DNA of 24,912 nucleotides from an uncultured Bacilli bacterium (GTDB lineage Bacteria; Bacillota_I; Bacilli_A; RF39; UBA660): NCBI GenBank assembly GCA_947631895.1, contig CANRMU010000001.1, positions 1 to 24,912 of the forward strand, read 5' to 3'. Shown piece by piece: positions 16,882 to 24,912 of this stretch (position 1 is its first letter; each line of letters starts with the position of its first letter). The notes under the pieces were generated by a model. It saw only the letters and a program-made list of their open reading frames with translations, ran no database searches and was not told where the DNA came from. The position numbers and the translations under genes were made by a program.

Positions 16882-17765
16882 TTGTCTTTTTTGATTGTTT
16901 CAGATAAAACTGTTCCAAAAGAGGCAATACTACTTAATTCAGCTGGAATAATTATTTTAGTTGCATCACCACTAGATAATTTACCTAGGGTTTCATAACT
17001 TTTTAATCTTAATACAGCATCATCTGCCTTCGCATCTTTAAGCATTTTAATTCCATCTGCTTCAGCTTGTTTCATTTTAAGAAGGGCTTCAGCTTCCCCT
17101 TCAGCTCTTTTTATTCTTGCTTCTTTATCAGCTTCAGCTCTTAAAATCGCACTTTCTTTTTCTCCTTCAGCAATTAATATACTACTTTTCTTTTCCCCTT
17201 CTGCTTGTAAGATTTTTTCTCTTCTCTCACGTTCAGCACGCATTTGTTTTTCCATTGCTTCTTGAATATCTTTAGGTGGTAATATATTTTTAACTTCAAC
17301 TCTTGTTACTTTAATTCCCCATGGATCTGTAGCTTCATCTAAGATACTACGCATTTTAGTATTAATAACATCCCTACTAGTTAAAGTTTCATCAAGTTCT
17401 AATTCACCAATAATATTTCTTAAAGTAGTCGCCGTTAAATTTTCAATTGCATTTATGGGATATTCTACTCCATAAGTATATAATTTAGGATCGGTTATTT
17501 GAAAATAAACAACTGTATCAATTTGCATAGTAACATTATCTTTGGTAATTACTGGTTGAGGGTCAAAATCTTTAACTATTTCTTTTAAAGTTACAATATT
17601 ACTAATTCGATCTATAAATGGTATCTTAAATTGTAAACCATTTTTCCAAGTTTTATAATAAGAACCCAACCTTTCAATTACATAAGCTTTAGATTGCGGA
17701 ACAATCTTTACACAAGGAATTACAATAATTCCAACTAATATTAATAAAGCAATTAAAATACCCAT
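16878..17765 (-). CDS. SPFH/Band 7 (stomatin/prohibitin-like) membrane protein
   Basis: VIERLGSY, VITKDNVTMQIDTVVYFQI, LRNIIGELELDETL, WGIKVTRVEVK, QMRAERERR. Confidence 0.95.
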   Translation of the reverse strand: MGILIALLILVGIIVIPCVKIVPQSKAYVIERLGSYYKTWKNGLQFKIPFIDRISNIVTLKEIVKDFDPQPVITKDNVTMQIDTVVYFQITDPKLYTYGVEYPINAIENLTATTLRNIIGELELDETLTSRDVINTKMRSILDEATDPWGIKVTRVEVKNILPPKDIQEAMEKQMRAERERREKILQAEGEKKSSILIAEGEKESAILRAEADKEARIKRAEGEAEALLKMKQAEADGIKMLKDAKADDAVLRLKSYETLGKLSSGDATKIIIPAELSSIASFGTVLSETIKKDK

Positions 17766-17782
17766 AACTCCACTTCCTTTTC

Positions 17783-18226
17783 TTATTTTTTACTTTTCTT
17801 AACTTTAGAAACCAATAATTTAGCGCCCATAATTTCTTCTACAATAACATCAGAATCAACAGTTATTTTTTTATCAGCAATAGCAGACCATATTTTACCA
17901 TCAACTTTTACTTCACCAACAACATTTTTCTTAATTTCTTTAATAACCACACCTTCCATCCCAATAATTCTTTCTAAATTTAATTTTTCTTCTTTATTCT
18001 TTTTCATTTCTTCGATAGCAGGTTTAGTTAAAATCATTAATAAAATACCTAATAAAACAAAAACCGCAAATTGACTAATTAAATCATTTAAGAAAAAAGA
18101 TAAAAACATGGTAATAATTCCACTAATGATAAACCAAATTGTAACTAAATTAACAGTCATTGCTTCAATAACAACTAATAAAATAACAACTATTAACCAT
18201 ACAATCCACAAACTCAAAATAATCAC
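17783..18226 (-). CDS. NfeD family protein (short form)
   Basis: Three hydrophobic segments plus OB-fold tail (GEVKVDGKIWSA), adjacent to the SPFH gene; the start may be TTG 18217 given the RBS AAGGAAGTGA. Confidence 0.9.
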   Translation of the reverse strand: MIILSLWIVWLIVVILLVVIEAMTVNLVTIWFIISGIITMFLSFFLNDLISQFAVFVLLGILLMILTKPAIEEMKKNKEEKLNLERIIGMEGVVIKEIKKNVVGEVKVDGKIWSAIADKKITVDSDVIVEEIMGAKLLVSKVKKSKK

Positions 18227-18247
18227 TTCCTTTAAGTCATTATATCA

Positions 18248-18901
18248 TCATTTAAATAAAAAATTAATTAAATTAGTAAATTTATCACTAAAAATAAATA
18301 CCATCCATAATGCAGATATTAAAAAAGGCCCAAAAGCTACTTCATGTTCTTTATTTGATAATAAACTATATACAGCATAAGGTAAAGCAAGAAAAGTCGA
18401 TAATGCTAAAGAAGTAAATCCTAAAGGAAGTCCTAGAGTATAACCAATAATAAAAGATAATTTTATATCTCCTCCACCAAGGCTTTCTTTTCTAAATAAT
18501 TTTGTACTTAAATAACCAACTAATAGCATAAATAAAAATAATATTAAACCATCTAAAATACTTAATAAAGAGGTTTTTAAATCAAAAAAAATCCATTTAC
18601 TAATAAATATTATTATAAAACTAATAATTAAAGGAGAATCTAAAATAATAAAATATTTAATATCACTTATAAAAATTAAGATTAATAAAGAACTTAAAAC
18701 TATACTTATAATAAAATTATAACCAAAACCATAATAATTATAAAAGAATAATGATAAAATACTATTTAATAGACCAATAATAATAGTTAAGATACTAAAT
18801 TTAAAATTTCTTTTAGTTTTTTTTAAAGGTAATTTACTCCCAATATAATCAAAACATATTCCTAATATAAAACCTACAATTAATACAATAATATTTATCA
18901 T
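18248..18901 (-). CDS. Prepilin peptidase family A24 protein lacking the N-terminal Zn-binding CxxC domain
   Basis: Both catalytic Asp contexts present (FISDIKYFII and GGGDIKL) and C-terminal FGPFL; likely start ATG 18901. Confidence 0.82.
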   Translation of the reverse strand: MINIIVLIVGFILGICFDYIGSKLPLKKTKRNFKFSILTIIIGLLNSILSLFFYNYYGFGYNFIISIVLSSLLILIFISDIKYFIILDSPLIISFIIIFISKWIFFDLKTSLLSILDGLILFLFMLLVGYLSTKLFRKESLGGGDIKLSFIIGYTLGLPLGFTSLALSTFLALPYAVYSLLSNKEHEVAFGPFLISALWMVFIFSDKFTNLINFLFK

Positions 18902-19008
18902 TATCTCAAATCCTTTATTTAATCTTAACAAAGAACTTTTATTTTTACAATATGTTTGCATTATCTATTTTTTATATTTTGACATAAAATATTATAGGAA
19001 GTGGTCTT

Positions 19009-19263
19009 ATGTATCCAGGAAGAACATTAACTTTAACAAGTATGATAGGAAGAATAAATAGAACTCTAAATTTTGCTAATCAAGTTATACCATTATATAT
19101 GAAAGCAAAACCAATGGTTAAGAACGCTAAAGAGGCATTTAAAGTTGCCAAAGTTTTTATGGAAAAACCAAAAACAACAACAAAAGTAACTAAAACAATT
19201 GAAACCCCAATAAAAAAAGTAGAAAATAAAATTTCTACTAACAAGCCTGTATTTTTTCAATAG
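19009..19263 (+). CDS. VrrA/YqfQ-like small protein
   Basis: RTLNFANQVIPLYMKAKPMVKNA resembles the YqfQ-family amphipathic segment; Lys/Thr-rich tail; RBS AGGAAGTGG. Confidence 0.55.
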   Translation: MYPGRTLTLTSMIGRINRTLNFANQVIPLYMKAKPMVKNAKEAFKVAKVFMEKPKTTTKVTKTIETPIKKVENKISTNKPVFFQ

Positions 19264-19271
19264 GCTTTTTT
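19243..19271 (+). terminator. Intrinsic terminator, probably shared with the convergent AAA gene
   Basis: AAGCCT-N13-AGGCTT followed by T tract. Confidence 0.6.
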
Positions 19272-20937
19272 AATTAATTAAATCTAAAATTTTTAAATCA
19301 TTACCAACATAAACAACAAGATATTTTAAAGCATTATTTATTCTTTCATCTTTACTATACTTTATTAATTGAGCTTTGCCTTCTTCTATTTTTTCTTTTA
19401 ATAATTTTTCATTATAATCTTTCTTCTTAATATATTTTAATTCAATCATTATATTATTTTTTATTAAATCATTATTTTTTATTAAATATATATCTATATA
19501 TCCTCCATTACTTGGATATTCACTTCTTACATTAAAGTTTTTATTATTTATTAAATATGCAAAAAATAAATATTTTAAACTTTTTTCATCTAATTTTATA
19601 AAATCTCGATTATCTAACTTTTTTAAAATCTCACTTACATAATTTACTATTCTTTCTATTTTTCCTCTTTTTAATTCTTCATTTATTTCACTTAATACTT
19701 TACTATCATATCCTATATTTATTTCTTCTAATTTTTTTAAAAAATAATTTCCATATAATGTTTTCATTATTTCATTTGGTATTTTAAAATAATAATCACC
19801 ATATTCATCTGTTGCAATAGTTAAATAACCAAAATAATATAAGATACTTATAATATCGTCTTGATTAAAATCTACTAATAAATCAAATTTTTGTTTTAAG
19901 ATTCCATTTACTTTTTCATTTATTATTATTTCATTTAATAATTCTTTATAAAAATTATTATTTTTTAATTCTATTAATTTTCCTATTTTTCCAGAATTAA
20001 AAGCAATATTTTTATCCATTAACTCTTTTGGTATTTTTTTAAATGATTCATAATAATCTAATAAATACATTACTAAAGTTGCATTAAAAACCTTTTCTCG
20101 TGTTTCTTCATTAAATAAATATCCATCATAATTACTTATCATTAAATTATATATTTCTTTTCTATCTTTTTCTTCTACTACTTTATTTATTAAATTCTTT
20201 ACTTCATTATGAGTTAAACCTATCATACTATTAAACCTTATATCTGTTGATATATCAGTTGCTATATTAAATCCTGTTGTCATACTATCTAAGGTTATTG
20301 GACATATTCCTGTTGCAAAAAATCTTTCTACTGTTCCTTCTTTTATAAATATTTTAATATTGGCATAGAAACTTTTAACTGTTCCTGTTACAATCTTTAT
20401 AAATTTATCAGCACTTCCTTCTAATATAGCATTCGTAAAATTATCATATTCATCTACTATTATATATATCTTATTTTCTAATTTTAAGCCTTGAATAAAA
20501 TTTAAAAAATATTTTAACATATCATCTGCTGGTACATCTTTATTATATTCATATTTTATATTATATCTATCTATAAAATCATTTATTCCTAAAATAACAC
20601 AAGCTTTAAAACTTTCAATTAATTCTTCATTTTCCTTATTTTCATTTATTCCTGAAAAATCAAATTTTAAAATATAATAATTATTTTTTCCTTTAGTTGG
20701 ATTTTGATAAACATATGTTTCTTTAAATAATTTTTCAAATAAATCTTTATTATTTATATCATAATAATAATATAAAACACTTGTAAATAGGCTTTTACCA
20801 AATCTTCCTGGTCTTAAATAAAATAAAGTTTTTCCCACATTTTCTAATTTTTCTAAATACATTGTTTTATCTACATAATAATAATCTTCTTCAATTAATG
20901 ATTTAAAATTTATTATGCCATATGGTATTTTTTTCAT
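19270..20937 (-). CDS. AAA-ATPase-like protein with C-terminal PD-(D/E)XK nuclease domain (PF09820 plus PF08011-like)
   Basis: KIPYGIINF, YYVDKT, Walker A RPGRFGKS, IIVDEYDN, TGFNI, and C-terminal GYIDIYL...IELKY. Confidence 0.9.
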   Translation of the reverse strand: MKKIPYGIINFKSLIEEDYYYVDKTMYLEKLENVGKTLFYLRPGRFGKSLFTSVLYYYYDINNKDLFEKLFKETYVYQNPTKGKNNYYILKFDFSGINENKENEELIESFKACVILGINDFIDRYNIKYEYNKDVPADDMLKYFLNFIQGLKLENKIYIIVDEYDNFTNAILEGSADKFIKIVTGTVKSFYANIKIFIKEGTVERFFATGICPITLDSMTTGFNIATDISTDIRFNSMIGLTHNEVKNLINKVVEEKDRKEIYNLMISNYDGYLFNEETREKVFNATLVMYLLDYYESFKKIPKELMDKNIAFNSGKIGKLIELKNNNFYKELLNEIIINEKVNGILKQKFDLLVDFNQDDIISILYYFGYLTIATDEYGDYYFKIPNEIMKTLYGNYFLKKLEEINIGYDSKVLSEINEELKRGKIERIVNYVSEILKKLDNRDFIKLDEKSLKYLFFAYLINNKNFNVRSEYPSNGGYIDIYLIKNNDLIKNNIMIELKYIKKKDYNEKLLKEKIEEGKAQLIKYSKDERINNALKYLVVYVGNDLKILDLIN

Positions 20938-20961
20938 TACTTAAGCCCTCTTTCTTAAAAA

Positions 20962-20990
20962 ATTATACTAAAAATTCTTTTAAAAGTCAC
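20962..20990 (-). promoter_or_regulatory. Putative sigmaA promoter of the AAA/nuclease gene
   Basis: GTGACT-17 bp-TATAAT. Confidence 0.6.
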
Positions 20991-20999
20991 TAAAATAAT

Positions 21000-23132
21000 T
21001 TATCCTAATTCGATTTCAATATTCTTTGTTTTAACATCTATTACCGTATCTTTAGGGATACTTGTACTTTTTACTTTACCATAGCCTTTTAAGGTATAAT
21101 TTAAACCTATAAAATTACAGTATCTTATTATTTCATTAGTACTCCAATTAACTACATCAGGCATTTTTATTTCAGTACCATCTGTTTTAATAAAAATTTT
21201 ACTAGTATCAACGGTTTTGGTATTTAAAGGTGGATACTGATTAATAACGTTTTTACCATTACCAATAATAATTGCGTTGATGTTTTTCTTTTTAGTATCT
21301 TCACTTACAAAATCAACAGTTGTATTAATATATTGTGGTATTTCGATTATTTTAGAATTATCAACATCGTTTTTAGAATTAACTAAATTAGTTACTCTTG
21401 CTATATCATCTACTAATGTTGAAACAGTTGTGGGAATATCTCCTCCTGTATTTCTTTTGGTTGCAAAATAAATAATATATTTAGGATTTTCATAAGGAAA
21501 CATTCCGGCAAAACTTCTAACATAATCGTTATAACCAGTCATATATCCTCCTGTTTCACTAGCTATTTCAGCTGTTCCAGTTTTACCAATTAATTCAATT
21601 GTTTTAGGCGCATAAACTAAATTATAATCAAAACCATCATAAACAACTTTATGCATTAAATCACGCATTTTTTTAGCTGTTTCTTTAGATGTTACTTGAC
21701 TTACTTCAGTTCTTTCAGCTTCAAAAGTAACATTGCCATCTTGATCAACTATTTTACTTACAATTTGAGGTTTTAACATTACTCCATCATTTGCAATAAT
21801 ACTTAAACCTTGAAGCATTTGAATTGGGGTTACCATAATACCTTGGCCAAAACTAGCATTAGCAAGTTCTGATTCATAATAAAAATCAATCACGCCATCT
21901 TCTTCAGCAGGTAAACTAATTCCTGTTTTAGAACCAAATCCACATAAATTATAAAAATCAGTTAACTTAGAAGCCCCAAGTTTTAAAGCTAGAGTTGCAG
22001 CTCCAACATTGGATGAATAAGCATATGCTGTATCAAAAGTAATCATACCCCACCCTGGTTTATAAAAGTCATTTACTAAAGTTCCATCACTTAATTTCAT
22101 TGAACCAGATAAAACTTTATCTTCCCCATTATAGATACCATTTTCCATTGCTGCCATCCAATTAAAAGTTTTCATGGTACTTCCTGGTTCGTATTGATAT
22201 CCCACTAAAGGATTTAAATAATTATTAAGTCCTTCTAAAGTATTAGGATTAAAACTAGGATTTGTAGCCGCGCCAAGAATATTACCATTTTCCGCATCCA
22301 TCACAGCCACTAAAGCCCAATCCATAGTATTTCCTTTTGAAAACGTAGCAATGGCATTTTCTAAAACATTTTGAATATCACTATTAATTGTTAAATAAAT
22401 ATCACTACCAGAGATAGCTTCACTTCTATTTTCTGGAGTATTAGCCATTTGATAACCATAAGCATCTTTTTGATACTCAACAAAACCATCAGTTCCTTTT
22501 AATTTATCATCAAAATATCCTTCAACACCAAGTTCGCCTTTAATATTACCATCTTCATCAGTTCTTGCATAACCTAGGATATAACTAGCCCATGAAGAAT
22601 TAATATATTGTCTTTTTTTAGCAAGAGTTTGAAAAGAAATTCCGGGAAGTTCTAAACTTTCTATTTTTCTTTTTTCTTCTTCACTAACTTTTCCCCAAGG
22701 TCCTAATTCAGCTTGATATAAATCTTGATTTAAATAACCCGTTAAATCAGCTAGACAACTTTTTTTCTTCTCTTCATCACTTGCTAATACTTCACATAAT
22801 TTATTTACTGTCATCTCTTTATCTACCACATGATGAGGTTCATTCATATCTGTTGTTCTAGATGGGGATAAAAAAGCAATAATATTATATGAATTAGCAT
22901 TTTTAGCTAAAGGATTACCCTCAATATCATAAATAGTACCCCTCTCAGCATAAATAGTTTCTTTTGTTGTATTACGACTATTAGCAAATTCAGTTAAATT
23001 AATCCCATCAACATTAGAACTAATTACTACATAAGAAAGTTTAGCAATGATAGCAATGAAAAAAAGACCGACTATTAGCATGGTCAGTTTAACATTTAAA
23101 TGAATTTTTAAAATTCTTCTAAACTTTTTCAC
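21000..23132 (-). CDS. Class B penicillin-binding protein (PbpB/PBP2x-like) with C-terminal PASTA-like repeats
   Basis: RGTIYD, EPGSTMK (SxxK), SSNVG (SxN), GKTGTAE (KTG), MPDVVNW; GTG start; follows ftsL. Confidence 0.93.
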   Translation of the reverse strand: MKKFRRILKIHLNVKLTMLIVGLFFIAIIAKLSYVVISSNVDGINLTEFANSRNTTKETIYAERGTIYDIEGNPLAKNANSYNIIAFLSPSRTTDMNEPHHVVDKEMTVNKLCEVLASDEEKKKSCLADLTGYLNQDLYQAELGPWGKVSEEEKRKIESLELPGISFQTLAKKRQYINSSWASYILGYARTDEDGNIKGELGVEGYFDDKLKGTDGFVEYQKDAYGYQMANTPENRSEAISGSDIYLTINSDIQNVLENAIATFSKGNTMDWALVAVMDAENGNILGAATNPSFNPNTLEGLNNYLNPLVGYQYEPGSTMKTFNWMAAMENGIYNGEDKVLSGSMKLSDGTLVNDFYKPGWGMITFDTAYAYSSNVGAATLALKLGASKLTDFYNLCGFGSKTGISLPAEEDGVIDFYYESELANASFGQGIMVTPIQMLQGLSIIANDGVMLKPQIVSKIVDQDGNVTFEAERTEVSQVTSKETAKKMRDLMHKVVYDGFDYNLVYAPKTIELIGKTGTAEIASETGGYMTGYNDYVRSFAGMFPYENPKYIIYFATKRNTGGDIPTTVSTLVDDIARVTNLVNSKNDVDNSKIIEIPQYINTTVDFVSEDTKKKNINAIIIGNGKNVINQYPPLNTKTVDTSKIFIKTDGTEIKMPDVVNWSTNEIIRYCNFIGLNYTLKGYGKVKSTSIPKDTVIDVKTKNIEIELG

Positions 23133-23143
23133 TATAATCAGTC

Positions 23144-23440
23144 CTATTCATTAATATTTTTAATATTAGTATTATTATAAGACAATCCTTGTTCATCTGC
23201 AACCTGTTGAATTTTATCTAAACTAGCTAATTCATCAATTTGCATACTCAAAGATTCATTCTTTCCTTCTTGATCTTCTATTTTATCTTTTAATTGTTCA
23301 ACCGAAATATTAGTTTCAGATAAGACAGCTTTAGTTAAAACAGTACAAATAGGTAAAGTTACTAAAAGAAAAATAATTAAAATTATTAGTAATCTTTCTC
23401 CTCGATAAATTTTATAAGTTTTAGTTTTTGGTTTTTTCAT
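23144..23440 (-). CDS. ftsL: Cell division protein FtsL
   Basis: Basic N-terminus, one TM segment, coiled coil ending ELASLDKIQQVA; position between rsmH and pbp. Confidence 0.82.
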   Translation of the reverse strand: MKKPKTKTYKIYRGERLLIILIIFLLVTLPICTVLTKAVLSETNISVEQLKDKIEDQEGKNESLSMQIDELASLDKIQQVADEQGLSYNNTNIKNINE

Positions 23441-23445
23441 ATTTT

Positions 23446-24366
23446 TTAAATCCTTTCTGCTATTCTTAGCTTAGCACTTTTACTTCGGCTATTTTCTTTT
23501 AATTCTTTTTCACTTGGTAAAATAACTTTTTTATTAATTATTTTTAATTTTGGTAAATATTCTTTAGGAATTTCTGGTAAACCTTTTACTAAATCATCAA
23601 CTTCACTATATTTTTTAAAAATATTTTTAACAATTTTATCTTCTTTTGAATGAAAAGATATTACCACAATTCTTCCTTGGGGTTTTAGAAGGTTTATAGC
23701 ATCTTCTAAAGCTTGTTCTAAATGATTTAATTCATCATTTACTTCGATTCTAATTGCCTGAAATATTTTTCTTTCGGGATGATTATCATAAAAGTATTTA
23801 GAACCTACAGCTTCTTTAATAATCTCAACTAATTCTAGAGTTCTTAATATTTTCTTATCTTGTCTTTTTTGAACTATTTTTTTAGCAATTAAATTACTTT
23901 TACTTTCTTCACCATAAAGATAAAAAATATTTTTTAATTCTTCATATGAATAATTATTAACTACATCTTTAGCATTTAATTTACTAGATAAATCCATTCT
24001 CATATCAAGTTCTTCATCTCTCATAAAACTAAAACCTCGATTTTCATCTAATTGAGGAGAAGATACTCCAAGATCAAATAAGATTCCATCTACTTCATTA
24101 ATTCCAAATTCAGCTAATTTTTCTTTCATCAAGACATAATCACTATGAATTAATCTAAAATTATCCCCCACTTCTTTTAAAATTTTATGGGAATAGTTGA
24201 TGGCACTTAAGTCTTTGTCAAAGGCGAAAAGTATACCCTTTTTTATTCTTTTTAAAATTTCTTTTGAATCCCCTGCATAGCCTAAAGTGGCATCAACATA
24301 TACTCCATCATCTTTAATAGCAAGTCCTTCTATCGACTCATTTTTTAAAACGGTATAATGTTTCAT
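23446..24366 (-). CDS. rsmH: 16S rRNA m4C1402 methyltransferase
   Basis: HYTVLKNE, YVDATLGYAG, LFDLGVSSPQLD, FQAIRIEVNDEL, ISFHSKED, NSRSKSAKLR. Confidence 0.97.
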   Translation of the reverse strand: MKHYTVLKNESIEGLAIKDDGVYVDATLGYAGDSKEILKRIKKGILFAFDKDLSAINYSHKILKEVGDNFRLIHSDYVLMKEKLAEFGINEVDGILFDLGVSSPQLDENRGFSFMRDEELDMRMDLSSKLNAKDVVNNYSYEELKNIFYLYGEESKSNLIAKKIVQKRQDKKILRTLELVEIIKEAVGSKYFYDNHPERKIFQAIRIEVNDELNHLEQALEDAINLLKPQGRIVVISFHSKEDKIVKNIFKKYSEVDDLVKGLPEIPKEYLPKLKIINKKVILPSEKELKENSRSKSAKLRIAERI

Positions 24367-24369
24367 AAT

Positions 24370-24795
24370 TTACTCCATAAATAAGTTTTCAGCTAAGTCA
24401 CTTAATTTTTCTTCACTACTTGCTAAGAAACTATCCCATGCATCTTTATCCCAAATTTCAATTCGATCATTGGCTCCAATAATAACACATTCTTTGGTTA
24501 AATTGGCATATTTGCATAAAATAGAATTAATCATCGCTCTTCCTTGACGATCAAATATACAGTCAGTGGCTCCGGAAAAAAAGCTACGAATAAAATCACG
24601 AGCATCCTTTTTAGTAAATGGTAAGGTATTTAGTTTAGAAACAACATTGTTCCAATCATCTTTAGCATAAATGTATAAACATTTTTCTATACCTCGCGCT
24701 ACTATAAATTCATTACCTAACTTCATGCGAAATTTAGTTGGGATTACAAGTCGGCCTTTTTCATCAATTGAATGATGATATTCACCCATAAACAT
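24370..24795 (-). CDS. mraZ: Transcriptional regulator MraZ
   Basis: MFMGEYHHSIDEKGRLVIP, DRQGR, IIGANDRIEIWD; true start is probably ATG 24795 rather than 24828. Confidence 0.96.
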   Translation of the reverse strand: MFMGEYHHSIDEKGRLVIPTKFRMKLGNEFIVARGIEKCLYIYAKDDWNNVVSKLNTLPFTKKDARDFIRSFFSGATDCIFDRQGRAMINSILCKYANLTKECVIIGANDRIEIWDKDAWDSFLASSEEKLSDLAENLFME

Positions 24796-24803
24796 CAGTA
24801 TCC

Positions 24804-24838
24804 CCCACTTTCTCCCACAGTCTACCACTGCTCACCAT
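24804..24838 (-). promoter_or_regulatory. MraZ-binding direct repeats
   Basis: ATGGT, GTGGT, GTGGG, GTGGG at exact 10-bp period upstream of mraZ, matching the known GTGGG-type MraZ boxes. Confidence 0.85.
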
Positions 24839-24912
24839 AATAATACAAAAAAGCATAAAAAAAGTAAAGGCTCTAACACCTTTATTTTTTATATTTTTTA
24901 ATTTTTGACACT

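Noticed and set aside
18108-18380. 90-aa plus-strand ORF
   Set aside because: Antisense shadow of nfeD and the prepilin peptidase, no RBS, composition mirrors the hydrophobic opposite-strand codons
21277-21471. 64-aa plus-strand ORF
   Set aside because: Fully antisense to the pbp gene, no RBS or recognisable motif
24796-24828. N-terminal extension of mraZ in the ORF track
   Set aside because: It overlaps the MraZ operator repeats; the conserved protein begins MFMGEY at 24795
1-24912. Possible genetic code 4 (TGA=Trp) given Mollicutes-like features
   Set aside because: TGA ends genes at ATGA overlaps (16878, 9081) and at 16417, and long ORFs are intact under code 11

Overview
Low-GC, genetic-code-11 Bacillota (Bacilli-like) chromosomal window; the gene mix suggests an uncultured RF39/Mollicutes-related lineage, which is inference only. 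Mostly housekeeping, nearly all on the minus strand: a T-box-controlled asnS-aspS-gatC-gatA-gatB operon (gatB runs off the left edge), an orphan membrane protein, a permease-like/GT2/mscL group, lemA plus DUF2207, rpmB, lon, an orphan protein, a prepilin peptidase/nfeD/SPFH/UDG-family run, a YqfQ-like gene, an AAA-ATPase/PD-(D/E)XK gene and the start of the dcw cluster (mraZ with MraZ boxes, rsmH, ftsL, pbp). The main unannotated signal is in the apparent intergenic gap at about 15.7-16.4 kb: two tandem, diverged ~377-bp modules missed by the ORF track. Each has a sigmaA promoter, a 27-aa very hydrophobic peptide ORF, a 5'/3' long-range helix with compensatory changes between copies, an SD-overlapping hairpin and a convergent ~108-nt antisense RNA with its own promoter and terminator. 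This is the architecture of a type I toxin-antitoxin system, and I do not recognise the peptide family. No rRNA, tRNA, CRISPR array or transposase was seen.
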